Assembly (NCBI GenBank): GCA_963663475.2
Contig: CAXXJV010000001.1
Span: 1,312,001-1,376,000, forward strand
Direction: 5' to 3'
Length of the DNA stretch: 64,000 nucleotides
DNA from: Candidatus Cloacimonadales bacterium
GTDB lineage: Bacteria > Cloacimonadota > Cloacimonadia > Cloacimonadales > JAFGVF01
Position numbers and translations under genes: made by a program. This document shows positions 31,640 through 41,309 of this stretch, piece by piece. The notes beneath the pieces are model-generated. The model was not told the origin of the DNA, made no database searches, and saw only the letters and a program-made list of their open reading frames with translations. Numbering within the stretch: the first letter of the stretch is position 1; each line of letters begins with the position of its first letter.

Positions 31640-31934
31640 GTATTCTCAATTTATCTGGAAACAATCTGGCATAGCCTAATTACTTGTCTCATAGCACATG
31701 AGAGTAATTGAAAAGCTTGTTTATTCCTAGCTAGCAAGTTAGTTAAAATTTCTACCACCGAGCTTGATCTTCTTTGCTTCATTCTTTCTCTTCCTATAAA
31801 ATTCTGAGCCTTCTTTAAGAGAGTAACAATGAAGGAATAGTAAATATAGATACTAGAGAAATGAAAATTAATCATAATTCTATAATAACAAAATCCCATA
31901 GTACAAGCATCATTTATATAAAAAATTAAAAAGA

Positions 31935-32318
31935 TTGACAAAACTTTTATAGTATGTAAAATTTGTAATATAAACTAAAAAAGGAAAGCAAATATAATGA
32001 AAATATTAAGAAGGTCTCTAGTTAATAATCAAATAATACAAATACCTAAAATTTGTAATGATTATAATACTCTTAATATATTAATTACACAAATCTTTCC
32101 TAAAGTACATATATATATATTATAGCATTTATATATCCTTAAAGAAAGACCAAGTCTATAACAATCACTTAGATTTGGTCACAAAAGACAAGTCAGATTA
32201 CTAAGTGTTGAAAATATTCAACACAGCGTCTGTTTTGACACAGATTAAAAAAATAAAAAAAAGGATATTAAAATGAAAAAGATAATAATAATGATGTTAG
32301 TCTTGATGACTGTTGGGA
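31935..32318 (+). promoter_or_regulatory. Conserved promoter + long leader + signal-peptide block, copy 1
   Basis: TTGACA-16-TAAAAT; leader near-identical to copies at 35034-35416 and 40540-40928; (AT)6 tract; hairpins at 32148-32180 and 32205-32224. Confidence 0.8.
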
Positions 32319-32611
32319 TAATGAGTGCAGCTGTAGTTAAAATTGGTGCAGATACGTACGTGAGAAATTTATCATTTAGACGTGCTGATTCAGGAACAGA
32401 TTTTGAAGAAGGATTTACTGATTATTCCTTCCATATTAATGTATCATATAAATTGGGGCTACAAGAATTAAGATTTGAATACCTCGATGTTGATACAGGA
32501 CAATGGCTTTTCTATTATGATTTCATAGGTGTTTATTCGTTGCAAACTGAACAATGGAGATACTATCAATTAATGACTGCTTATCCTCCAACGGATCCAA
32601 TAAATCAATAA
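32273..32611 (+). CDS. Small secreted protein, cassette A
   Basis: AAGGA RBS; shared signal peptide MKKIIIMMLVLMTVGI; ends YPPTDPINQ. Confidence 0.8.
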   Translation: MKKIIIMMLVLMTVGIMSAAVVKIGADTYVRNLSFRRADSGTDFEEGFTDYSFHINVSYKLGLQELRFEYLDVDTGQWLFYYDFIGVYSLQTEQWRYYQLMTAYPPTDPINQ

Positions 32612-32660
32612 ATACAACATTAATATGGGCAGATTTTCTGCCCATATAAAAGGAAAAATA

Positions 32661-34940
32661 ATGCGTATAAAATATGTTTTGCTAATTTGGATGTTATTAC
32701 TATTAAGCTTATTATATTGCGATTTAGATCATCAACAAAGTGATATGTTGTATGATGGTTATAGGGTGCAATACTTAGGAAACAATGTTGTAAGGAGTTT
32801 AAATAGAGTTTTATTGTTTGATAGTTATGGTATTACAGTTTATGAAACAATAGAAAATGACTTAGATGAAATTCTAACCTTAAATCTACCTAAGGTCAAA
32901 CTGATTGATATGAACAGTAGCTATATAGCTTTAGTAATTTTTAGTGCAGAAGGAGGGCCTTATTATTCTCATAAGTTACTTGTTTATGATATTTCTCAGA
33001 TTAATCAACCTTATATAGTCTATGAAGAAGAATCAAACATATTAGAAGTATTTTTAACTAGTAACTATTTAATTTTAGATAAATATGATAGGGTTGAAGT
33101 TTATGATATAGAGACATTTGAAATAATTAATACCTATAATGATATATCTTTAAAGCAAAATATCCATGATTCAATATATTTTACTGTAAAGAATCAAAGT
33201 CAAAACATCTATTATTTATGTTATCTAGATGAAAATGGTCAACTGATCCAAGATTATAATCTGGGGCCTAACTTTGGTAAGGTAGCAATTAAAAATGAAC
33301 AACTTTTGTATTGCTATCAAGGATTTATTGATTTTTATAATATCACAGATTCTGATAGTCTCACATTTCAGAGGACCTTTGCATTATCACATTTTGCAGA
33401 GCTTGAACTCCCGGGACTATTAATATTTGATAATACAATGGTAGTCCCATGCTATTCTAATGATAATGAACTAATTTCTCAGTTAACCTATTATGATATT
33501 AGCGATATTGATAACATTAACGAACTAGGAAGTTATGAGTTTTTTCCTGAAATGGGGCAATACAAGGACATGAGAGTTTATGATACCATCCAATGGAATA
33601 ATAATTTCTTAATGGTCATAAAAGGTTTTGGTGTTATTTATTCAGACCATAATAACTTCTTGGATGATTATACAATATTAAAGTATAGTAGAGCACCAAT
33701 TATTAGTAAAAATATTAATACTAAACTATATGTCAACTATAATAATATTCTTGGTTTTAATAATATTTTTGATATAAGTTCACTGAGTAATATTACTCAG
33801 ATAGAAAATTCAGATTCTTTAGGAACCCTGCATTGGTTTGAAGCAGAAGATAATCAATATGTTATTAATAATAACTTTAGGGATAGGACTTTCTTATTAT
33901 ATAGTTTTAATGATGATAGTCTCAACTATATTACTACTTTCGAACTTCCTCAAGAACTAAATAATTGGCAACAACAAATCTCTCTAAATCTATGGAATGG
34001 GCATGATTTAATATTTTCTTTTGGTGAAAGTATTTATTGGTATGGTTATGAAGATGGGATATTCTCGTTAATTAACCAAGATGAAGTTGCTGAAATTGAT
34101 TTAAGTATTAGGTGGTTTTATTACAACAATTACTTCTATAAAATATCTTATCAAGGTCTGCTTGAAGTTTATGTTATACAGAATAATTCATTGGATTTAG
34201 TTAACACAATTTACTGGTCTGATAATAATGGTCCATCTGGTTTCGTTAACCAGTGGGGAATAGAGGACGGGCTACTAACAATCGCTAATATTAATCCAAA
34301 TGGAGTATCAAAAATATATGATCTCAATGTTGATCCACTTAACTTAACAGCTGAAATTGATTTGGATTACTATCTTATGAATAGCAGGGTTAAAAGATAT
34401 GGGGATTATTACTTCTTTACTGGTTGTGATAATGAAAACTATACACCTTATCAGTTTTATGAACAACTTTCATACTTCAATATATATAAGAAAGTTGGTG
34501 ATGAGTTTATAAGAGTTGGTGATATTTATAATCATCGTCAAACATGGGATTTCGAAATAGTATTTCAAGGTCCAGATGATTTTACTGTCTTTCTCTGCTC
34601 AACTCGTGGTATTGATGTATACTCCTGTCAAGCTACCCCCAACGGTAACCTAGATATCACACCTGTAATCTTAAATTCTTCTAACTATCCTAACCCCTTT
34701 AATCCCGAAACGACTATCTCTTATAACATCCCTAAGAAAGGTAATGTTACAGTCGATATTTATAACATTAAAGGACAGAAGGTCAAGTCCTTACTTAATG
34801 AAGAGCAAGAAGCAGGTAAACACTCCATCATTTGGAAGGGGAATAATGATAAGGGGCAGAAAGTTAGTTCAGGAACATATCTTTATAGGGTAAAAAGTGG
34901 AGATGAGGAAATTGTTAATAAAATGATGCTGGTGAAGTGA
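32661..34940 (+). CDS. Large secreted protein with C-terminal FlgD-Ig/T9SS-type sorting domain, cassette A
   Basis: Signal peptide, beta-rich body (YDIS repeats), C-terminal NYPNPFNPETTISY...IYNIKGQKV...WKG.N..GQKVSSG.YLY...KMMLVK. Confidence 0.88.
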   Translation: MRIKYVLLIWMLLLLSLLYCDLDHQQSDMLYDGYRVQYLGNNVVRSLNRVLLFDSYGITVYETIENDLDEILTLNLPKVKLIDMNSSYIALVIFSAEGGPYYSHKLLVYDISQINQPYIVYEEESNILEVFLTSNYLILDKYDRVEVYDIETFEIINTYNDISLKQNIHDSIYFTVKNQSQNIYYLCYLDENGQLIQDYNLGPNFGKVAIKNEQLLYCYQGFIDFYNITDSDSLTFQRTFALSHFAELELPGLLIFDNTMVVPCYSNDNELISQLTYYDISDIDNINELGSYEFFPEMGQYKDMRVYDTIQWNNNFLMVIKGFGVIYSDHNNFLDDYTILKYSRAPIISKNINTKLYVNYNNILGFNNIFDISSLSNITQIENSDSLGTLHWFEAEDNQYVINNNFRDRTFLLYSFNDDSLNYITTFELPQELNNWQQQISLNLWNGHDLIFSFGESIYWYGYEDGIFSLINQDEVAEIDLSIRWFYYNNYFYKISYQGLLEVYVIQNNSLDLVNTIYWSDNNGPSGFVNQWGIEDGLLTIANINPNGVSKIYDLNVDPLNLTAEIDLDYYLMNSRVKRYGDYYFFTGCDNENYTPYQFYEQLSYFNIYKKVGDEFIRVGDIYNHRQTWDFEIVFQGPDDFTVFLCSTRGIDVYSCQATPNGNLDITPVILNSSNYPNPFNPETTISYNIPKKGNVTVDIYNIKGQKVKSLLNEEQEAGKHSIIWKGNNDKGQKVSSGTYLYRVKSGDEEIVNKMMLVK

Positions 34941-35416
34941 TTTGATGTGAAACAAGAGATAAATAATTAATCATAATTCAATAATAATAAAAGCTCATAG
35001 AATAATCAATATTTATAAAAATGAATAAAAATATTGACAAAATAATTATTGAAAGTATAGTTTGTAATATAAAATAAAAAAGGAAAGCAAATATAATGAA
35101 AATATTAAGAAGGTCTCTAGTTAATAATCAAATAATACAAATACGTAAAATATGTAATGATTATAATACTCTTAATATATTAATTACACAAATCTTTCCT
35201 AAAGTACATATATATATTAGAGCATTTAAGTATCTTTAAAGAAAGACCAAGTCTATAACAATCACTTAGATTTGGTCACAAAAGACAAGTCAGATTACTA
35301 AGTGTTGAAAATATTCAACACAGCGTCTGTTTTGACACAGATTAAAAAAATAAAAAAAAGGATATTAAAATGAAAAAGATAATAATAATAATGTTAGTCT
35401 TGATGACTGTTGGGAT
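34620..35416 (+). repeat. ~800-bp constant block (CTD + spacer + promoter/leader + signal peptide), near-identical to 40126-40928
   Basis: Direct nucleotide comparison, offset ~5506; the CTD part is also repeated at 37720-38025 and 43237-43562. Confidence 0.9.
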
Positions 35417-35732
35417 AGTTTGTGCTTATGATGCAGTTGCCGTAGCAGAAAACAATACTGGTAGGGTAATTACAGTAGGTATTGCTTTCATGGGTACTAA
35501 TAATTATCAGCAAGTTACAACTACAAGCGGTGCTGCGAATCTTCTAGGTTGGACGGGTTTACCTTATGATATTATTGCAGTTATTGGTACAAATATAAAT
35601 ATTAGAATACCTGGATACTATCAAGTTAAACAAGTTACATTAGAACATGGCTCTTCTCCTAATAATAAAGTGATATTTGATTTTTCACATCTTGATCCTG
35701 TAAAACCTGGAGATCCAGGACAAAATCAGTAA
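35370..35732 (+). CDS. Small secreted protein, cassette B
   Basis: Near-identical signal peptide to 32273; unrelated mature part; ends LDPVKPGDPGQNQ. Confidence 0.8.
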   Translation: MKKIIIIMLVLMTVGIVCAYDAVAVAENNTGRVITVGIAFMGTNNYQQVTTTSGAANLLGWTGLPYDIIAVIGTNINIRIPGYYQVKQVTLEHGSSPNNKVIFDFSHLDPVKPGDPGQNQ

Positions 35733-35781
35733 ATAATTATCGCCCCCAAGCTAAGTAAAACTTGGGGGCAAAGGATAAAAT

Positions 35782-38025
35782 ATGAAACTCTTACATTTAT
35801 ATATTTTGCTTCTGTCTTTATCATCTTTATCTTGTCTTGACTTAGATTTATCTAGTTTTACTGAATTTGGAGAGACTACAGGAACAGACTTTGGTTGCAA
35901 TTTCTATCATATAAAAGATGATTATTTATTGAGTGGAACTACAAAGGGTTTTTCTATATATCAATCCGAGGAAGATGGAAGCCTCACATTAATTGATACT
36001 TTAAATACAGAAAAATTTAACGCTCTGACTTGTAATGAGAATTATCTTGCAATAAGCAAATCGCTAATGCCAAATATTGATATCTATAATATTAGTGATA
36101 TGGAAAATATTTATTATTCTCACACTATACAGACTAATTTTAATTTGCAAGGAATTAAATTACTTAGTAATAATCACTTGTTAGTTAACAAACTTAATGA
36201 TCATTCTATGCTTCTTGATATAACTAATGGAAATGAAATAATCAGTTATCCCCAATATTTATTTCGAACAGAATCTATAATTGAAGATGAAGAGATGCTA
36301 GCTTATGATTTATCATCTATGACATTGGAATGGGTTTCTCTTAATGATCAAAATCAAATTGTGCTGTTAAAATCTGAAAATAGAACCATTGATTATGCGT
36401 CTAGTAGTTCAGATTTAATCTTCCTTGCAGTAGATAATTACATAAAAATGTATAATGATATTTATGAAGAGGTCGCTCTCGATTCTATTTCAGTAAACTG
36501 GTATGATATATCTTTCGCTTATCGAGGTATAGAAATATTTGATTCGAATTTGCTTTTTATAGATGCTGATTTTAATCCCATTTCGCAGATGGATGAACCA
36601 GTTCTTAATGTTTATGAACTTACCGATGATAATTTACTGTACATGGCTCAAGAATTTTTTTTAGAGAACTGGGATAATAGGGGTTATTTTTTAACCCAGA
36701 AAGTTATTTCATGTAATGATAAGATTTACGTTAATGCAGAGGTAGAAGGAATTAAAGGATATCAAATATATGATAATCAAGTTGTACTGATTAGTCAATA
36801 TGGAGAAATAGCTTACTGGGAAAACTCATTCTTATGTAAGGATAATAAGATATATTTAAATGCGAGAAACAAAAATAGAGAATGTATTATTTATGAGTTT
36901 AGTACTCCAGAAAATCTCATACAAATTGAACATGATTTGCCATATGGTCAATATAATACTTTTCCTTATCAATCAGATTATATATATAAGAAGTCATATT
37001 TAAATAATGAAATTGAATTTTACCATTTCAATATAGATGATAGTGAAACTCTCATAGGATCTATTCCTGTAGAATATAATTATTTATATTTTAATTTCAT
37101 TCCATTGATGATAAACAGTGACTACATTGTTTATCAATTTCTCAATGATATTTATATTGGTCATTTTGATAATGGAATATTTTTCGAAAATCATACTTTT
37201 AATTTAGGCTCAAGCAATACTCAACGGGAGTTCACAGCTTTCATGAGAAATGGGTATTTATACAGTTTGGCTACACATACAAATCAAATTCAGATCTTTG
37301 ATATTGATGAGAATAATCATGAACTAATTGCAACTGATACTTCTCACTATTTCAATATAAATCAAGCCTTACCTATTATACAATTAAACGAAAAGTATAT
37401 TTGTTTTAGAGGTAGAGGGAATTATAACTATCTTATTGAGCTATCTCCTGATGAGATCAATATTATAGACATTTATCGACTAGATATTGATGATATTGCT
37501 TTCAACAATATAGGTGAATACTTCTTTATGGTGTATTCTTCTAGTAGTACACTTGAGATTAAAGAATTTGATCACTTTGATGAGCCTCATTTCCATTTGA
37601 TTGATACTATTAATTTCTCCTCAAATATACAATCTATAGATTTAATACATCAGAATGAGAATATTTATAATATGATAGTAACAACTATGGGCTCTATCTT
37701 TTACTTCCAATGTGCAATAACCCCCAACGGTAACTTAGATATCACACCTGTAATCTTAAATTCTTCTAACTATCCTAACCCCTTTAATCCCGAAACGACT
37801 ATCTCTTATAACATACCTAAGAAAGGTAATGTTACCGTCGATATTTATAACATTAAAGGACAGAAGGTCAAGTCTTTACTTAAAGAAGAGCAAGACGCAG
37901 GTAAACACTCCATCATTTGGAAGGGGAATAATGATAAGGGGCAGAAAGTTAGTTCAGGAACATATCTTTATAGGGTAAAAAGTGGAGATGAGGAAATTGT
38001 TAATAAAATGATGTTGGTGAAATAG
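35782..38025 (+). CDS. Large secreted FlgD-Ig/T9SS-CTD protein, cassette B
   Basis: Signal peptide; divergent body; near-identical CTD. Confidence 0.88.
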   Translation: MKLLHLYILLLSLSSLSCLDLDLSSFTEFGETTGTDFGCNFYHIKDDYLLSGTTKGFSIYQSEEDGSLTLIDTLNTEKFNALTCNENYLAISKSLMPNIDIYNISDMENIYYSHTIQTNFNLQGIKLLSNNHLLVNKLNDHSMLLDITNGNEIISYPQYLFRTESIIEDEEMLAYDLSSMTLEWVSLNDQNQIVLLKSENRTIDYASSSSDLIFLAVDNYIKMYNDIYEEVALDSISVNWYDISFAYRGIEIFDSNLLFIDADFNPISQMDEPVLNVYELTDDNLLYMAQEFFLENWDNRGYFLTQKVISCNDKIYVNAEVEGIKGYQIYDNQVVLISQYGEIAYWENSFLCKDNKIYLNARNKNRECIIYEFSTPENLIQIEHDLPYGQYNTFPYQSDYIYKKSYLNNEIEFYHFNIDDSETLIGSIPVEYNYLYFNFIPLMINSDYIVYQFLNDIYIGHFDNGIFFENHTFNLGSSNTQREFTAFMRNGYLYSLATHTNQIQIFDIDENNHELIATDTSHYFNINQALPIIQLNEKYICFRGRGNYNYLIELSPDEINIIDIYRLDIDDIAFNNIGEYFFMVYSSSSTLEIKEFDHFDEPHFHLIDTINFSSNIQSIDLIHQNENIYNMIVTTMGSIFYFQCAITPNGNLDITPVILNSSNYPNPFNPETTISYNIPKKGNVTVDIYNIKGQKVKSLLKEEQDAGKHSIIWKGNNDKGQKVSSGTYLYRVKSGDEEIVNKMMLVK

Positions 38026-38211
38026 TGACTTTCTGGATAAGAGTGAGAGAAAAACAAACTTGTCTTTAATATGAAATAGTAATTATTGGATTTCTGTAAA
38101 TATACAAGTATAAATGGTTATTTTTCATAAAGTCCAAGATTGTGCTAGCAATACAAAAAAATGAAGTGAGATTAGGAGATAAAGCTCCTATTCTTTAAAA
38201 AAGGAGTAATT

Positions 38212-40446
38212 ATGAAAAAAGATATACTGATAATAATCACTTTATTATTTACTTTGAATCTCTTTTGTGAGTTAGATTATCAATTAGAATCAGAGTTTGC
38301 TTTTGGTGGTATTGAGTATTTGAAATATTCGAATGGAAAGATAATGTCACGCAATGCCTATGGATATGCAATTTATGAGATTCAAGATAGCGGCAATTTA
38401 GAAACTATAAGTAATGTTAGATTTTCTCCATGGGCTAATCATTATTATTCATATGATAAATTAGGGGTATATAGTGGTTATTTTACTTTTGGTAGGCAAG
38501 AGGATTTAGGGTCTTATTTCACTATCTACGATACATCTATCCCTAACCAACAAACTATTCTTTATCATACTCAGATAAATATTGAAAATATGTTTTCAGC
38601 AGAACTGTTTGAGAATTACTTTATCCGAAAAACAGGGAATCACAGCTACACGGTCTTTGATTATAATACTTTTCAACCAGTTAGTTACGTAGATAACATA
38701 TCATTATTATATGATACAAAGGTCAATGATGAGGGAGCGGTACTTCATGATTATAGTGATAACTGTTACTACTATTATGTAATAGATGATACAGGAAATC
38801 TTCACAGGAAGTATAATTTAGGTTCAGAAGAGAGAAAAGTTGCTATTTCAGGAGACAGGTTAATCACTTACTCTATGGGTGATATTAAACTCTATAACAT
38901 AACAGAAAGTGATTCTTTAGAATATACAGGGTCTACTTTTTATAATAATAACCCCTTATTATCAGTTGCTTTTGCTGATAACAAAGTTATATTTACCTCT
39001 GAAGAAGGATTTAATCCAAAAGTATTAATGCTGGAAATGTATGAAATTGATGTTGAAAATAATTTTAATCTAATAGACTCTGAACAAATCTATAATAATC
39101 CAAATTCAAATCATATGCCTGAAAGTTCACTTGTAATACTCAATAACACATTATACATCAGTGTGATTGATAGAAAGTTTACGCAAGCCAATATCTCAAA
39201 TAACAGTATGGAAATATTAGATGTTAATTATATTGGAAAAGGTAGATCATCCTCCTATGGATTTGTTAAAAATAATATATTTTATACAATGTGTTTTGAA
39301 GAATTTACAAGTTTGGATAGTTATTCTCTAGAAAACCATTCTAATGTGCAAGAAATAGATAATAACTTCCCTGAAAAAAGTGCTTATTGGTATTTTCCAG
39401 AAAATGAGAAAATTGTTAGATTTGATGAAGAGGAAGCTTGTTTTTATTTTTATGATTGGATTAATGATGAGTTGATTCTTAAAGATTCTTATAATCTACA
39501 GGGTTTTGTAGATAATACTTTCCTCTCCACCTACAAATGGGATGGTAACCAGTTTATCTACCGGATTGATTCTTCTTTAATATCTGTAAAAAAAGAGAAT
39601 GGTAACTTTGTGGAAACGTGGATTTTAGATGATGGTTTATTATGCAATTATGAAGTTTATCAAAATTATATTTATCAACTTAAGTCTAATCAAGGGATTA
39701 AAGTTTATTCATTTGATGAGTCTGGATATCAGCTTGTTAACACTTCTACACTTCCTTTTGTTAGCAATTTTCCTGCTATATTCATCAAGGGGAACATATT
39801 AACAACTAACAGAAAAAATATAGTAGATTTATCAGTTGATCCAGAAGGGCTTTCTATGAGTTATGATTTGAATCAATTTACTATCAACTCTAGTGCATTA
39901 AAATATTACGACTATTTAATGTATTGTGGTAAAGAACTTATCGAGACTTCTGAAGGAGAAAATGTTCTCGATAATGTTTTATCAATTTATAAACTAATTA
40001 ATGATGTACCTATCAGGGTGGGTGCAATAGAATCAGACTACATGATTCAAGATTTTCAAATTTTAGATAATGGTTCGGAAGAGAGTTTTGATATTCTCTT
40101 GTCTCATAATAATTTCTTTTCCATCTACTCCTGTCAAGCTACCCCAAACGGTAACCTAGATATCACACCTGTAATCTTAAATTCTTCTAACTATCCTAAC
40201 CCTTTTAATCCCGAAACGACTATCTCTTATAACATACCTAAGAAAGGTAATGTTACAGTCGATATTTATAACATTAAAGGACAGAAGGTCAAGTCCTTAC
40301 TTAAAGAAGAGCAAGAAGCAGGTAAACACTCCATCATTTGGAAGGGGAATAATGATAAGGGACAGAAAGTTAGTTCAGGAACATATCTTTATAGGGTAAA
40401 AAGTGGAGATGAGGAAATTGTTAATAAAATGATGCTGGTGAAGTGA
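38212..40446 (+). CDS. Large secreted FlgD-Ig/T9SS-CTD protein with no small partner upstream
   Basis: AAGGAG RBS; clear paralog of 41310 gene (ELDY.L.SEF.FGG, DNCYYYY.IDD.G.L..KYN.G.EERK.AI); same CTD. Confidence 0.88.
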   Translation: MKKDILIIITLLFTLNLFCELDYQLESEFAFGGIEYLKYSNGKIMSRNAYGYAIYEIQDSGNLETISNVRFSPWANHYYSYDKLGVYSGYFTFGRQEDLGSYFTIYDTSIPNQQTILYHTQINIENMFSAELFENYFIRKTGNHSYTVFDYNTFQPVSYVDNISLLYDTKVNDEGAVLHDYSDNCYYYYVIDDTGNLHRKYNLGSEERKVAISGDRLITYSMGDIKLYNITESDSLEYTGSTFYNNNPLLSVAFADNKVIFTSEEGFNPKVLMLEMYEIDVENNFNLIDSEQIYNNPNSNHMPESSLVILNNTLYISVIDRKFTQANISNNSMEILDVNYIGKGRSSSYGFVKNNIFYTMCFEEFTSLDSYSLENHSNVQEIDNNFPEKSAYWYFPENEKIVRFDEEEACFYFYDWINDELILKDSYNLQGFVDNTFLSTYKWDGNQFIYRIDSSLISVKKENGNFVETWILDDGLLCNYEVYQNYIYQLKSNQGIKVYSFDESGYQLVNTSTLPFVSNFPAIFIKGNILTTNRKNIVDLSVDPEGLSMSYDLNQFTINSSALKYYDYLMYCGKELIETSEGENVLDNVLSIYKLINDVPIRVGAIESDYMIQDFQILDNGSEESFDILLSHNNFFSIYSCQATPNGNLDITPVILNSSNYPNPFNPETTISYNIPKKGNVTVDIYNIKGQKVKSLLKEEQEAGKHSIIWKGNNDKGQKVSSGTYLYRVKSGDEEIVNKMMLVK

Positions 40447-40928
40447 TTTGATGTGAAACAAGAGATAAATAATTAATCATAATTCAATAATAATAAAAGC
40501 TCATAGAATAATCAATATTTATAAAAATAAATAAAAAGATTGACAAAATAATTATTGAAAGTATAGATTGTAATATAAATTATAAAAGGAAAGCAAATAT
40601 AATGAAAATATTAAGAAGGTCTCTAGTTAATAATCAAATAATACAAATACCTAAAATTTGTAATGATTATAATACTCTTAATATATTAATTACACAAATC
40701 TTTCCTAAAGTACATATATATATATATTAGAGCATTTAAGTATCCTTAAAGAAAGACCAAGTCTATAACAATCACTTAGATTTGGTCACAAAAGACAAGT
40801 CAGATTACTAAGTGTTGAAAATATTCAACACAGCGTCTGTTTTGATACAGATTAAAAAAATAATAAATAAAGGAAACTATAATGAAAAAGATAATAATAA
40901 TGATGTTAGTCTTGATGACTGTTGGGAT
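40126..40928 (+). repeat. ~800-bp constant block, second full copy
   Basis: Matches 34620-35416; (AT)7 tract. Confidence 0.9.
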
Positions 40929-41260
40929 TTTAAGTGCTGGTACAATACAAATTTATTACTGATATGAAATTTTTTGAGAATGATATCACTCTTTATCGTA
41001 AAAATCTTGATTTAGGACCACATGAGCCTTATCGGCAAGAAGATATATCCAACAAATATAATAGTGAAACCAGAGAAATATATAACCTTGTTGAGGGGAA
41101 TAACCTTTATTGGGTTGTAATAGTAGGTGATCCTTTGCTTAACCTAGGTCCATGTGAAATTAATGTATCAGGTATTGACTTTAGAACCGGAAGTTATAAA
41201 ATAATAGAAAAAATGTTTTTCCATTTTCCTGTTGATCCAGGTACACCCATAACACAATAA
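40882..41260 (+). pseudogene. Small secreted protein, cassette C, with a +1 frameshift just after the signal peptide
   Basis: ATG 40882 gives MKKIIIMMLVLMTVGILSAGTIQIYY* (TGA 40960); the body ending FPVDPGTPITQ is in the +1 frame. Confidence 0.75.
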
Positions 41261-41309
41261 AATAACTACAGGGAGAGAAGTCTTTTCTCTCCCTATAAAG
41301 AGGTTAAAA

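Noticed and set aside
31651-31941. 96-aa minus-strand ORF upstream of the array
   Set aside because: It starts inside the array promoter, has no RBS and shows no recognisable features.
32148-32245. Known riboswitch (c-di-GMP, SAM, TPP, T-box) in the conserved leader
   Set aside because: None of the diagnostic consensus motifs could be matched by eye; it is kept only as an unknown structured leader.
32623-41294. Integron attC sites or shufflon sites between cassette genes
   Set aside because: The hairpins lack RYYYAAC/GTTRRRY boxes, all units are co-oriented, and no tyrosine recombinase is nearby.
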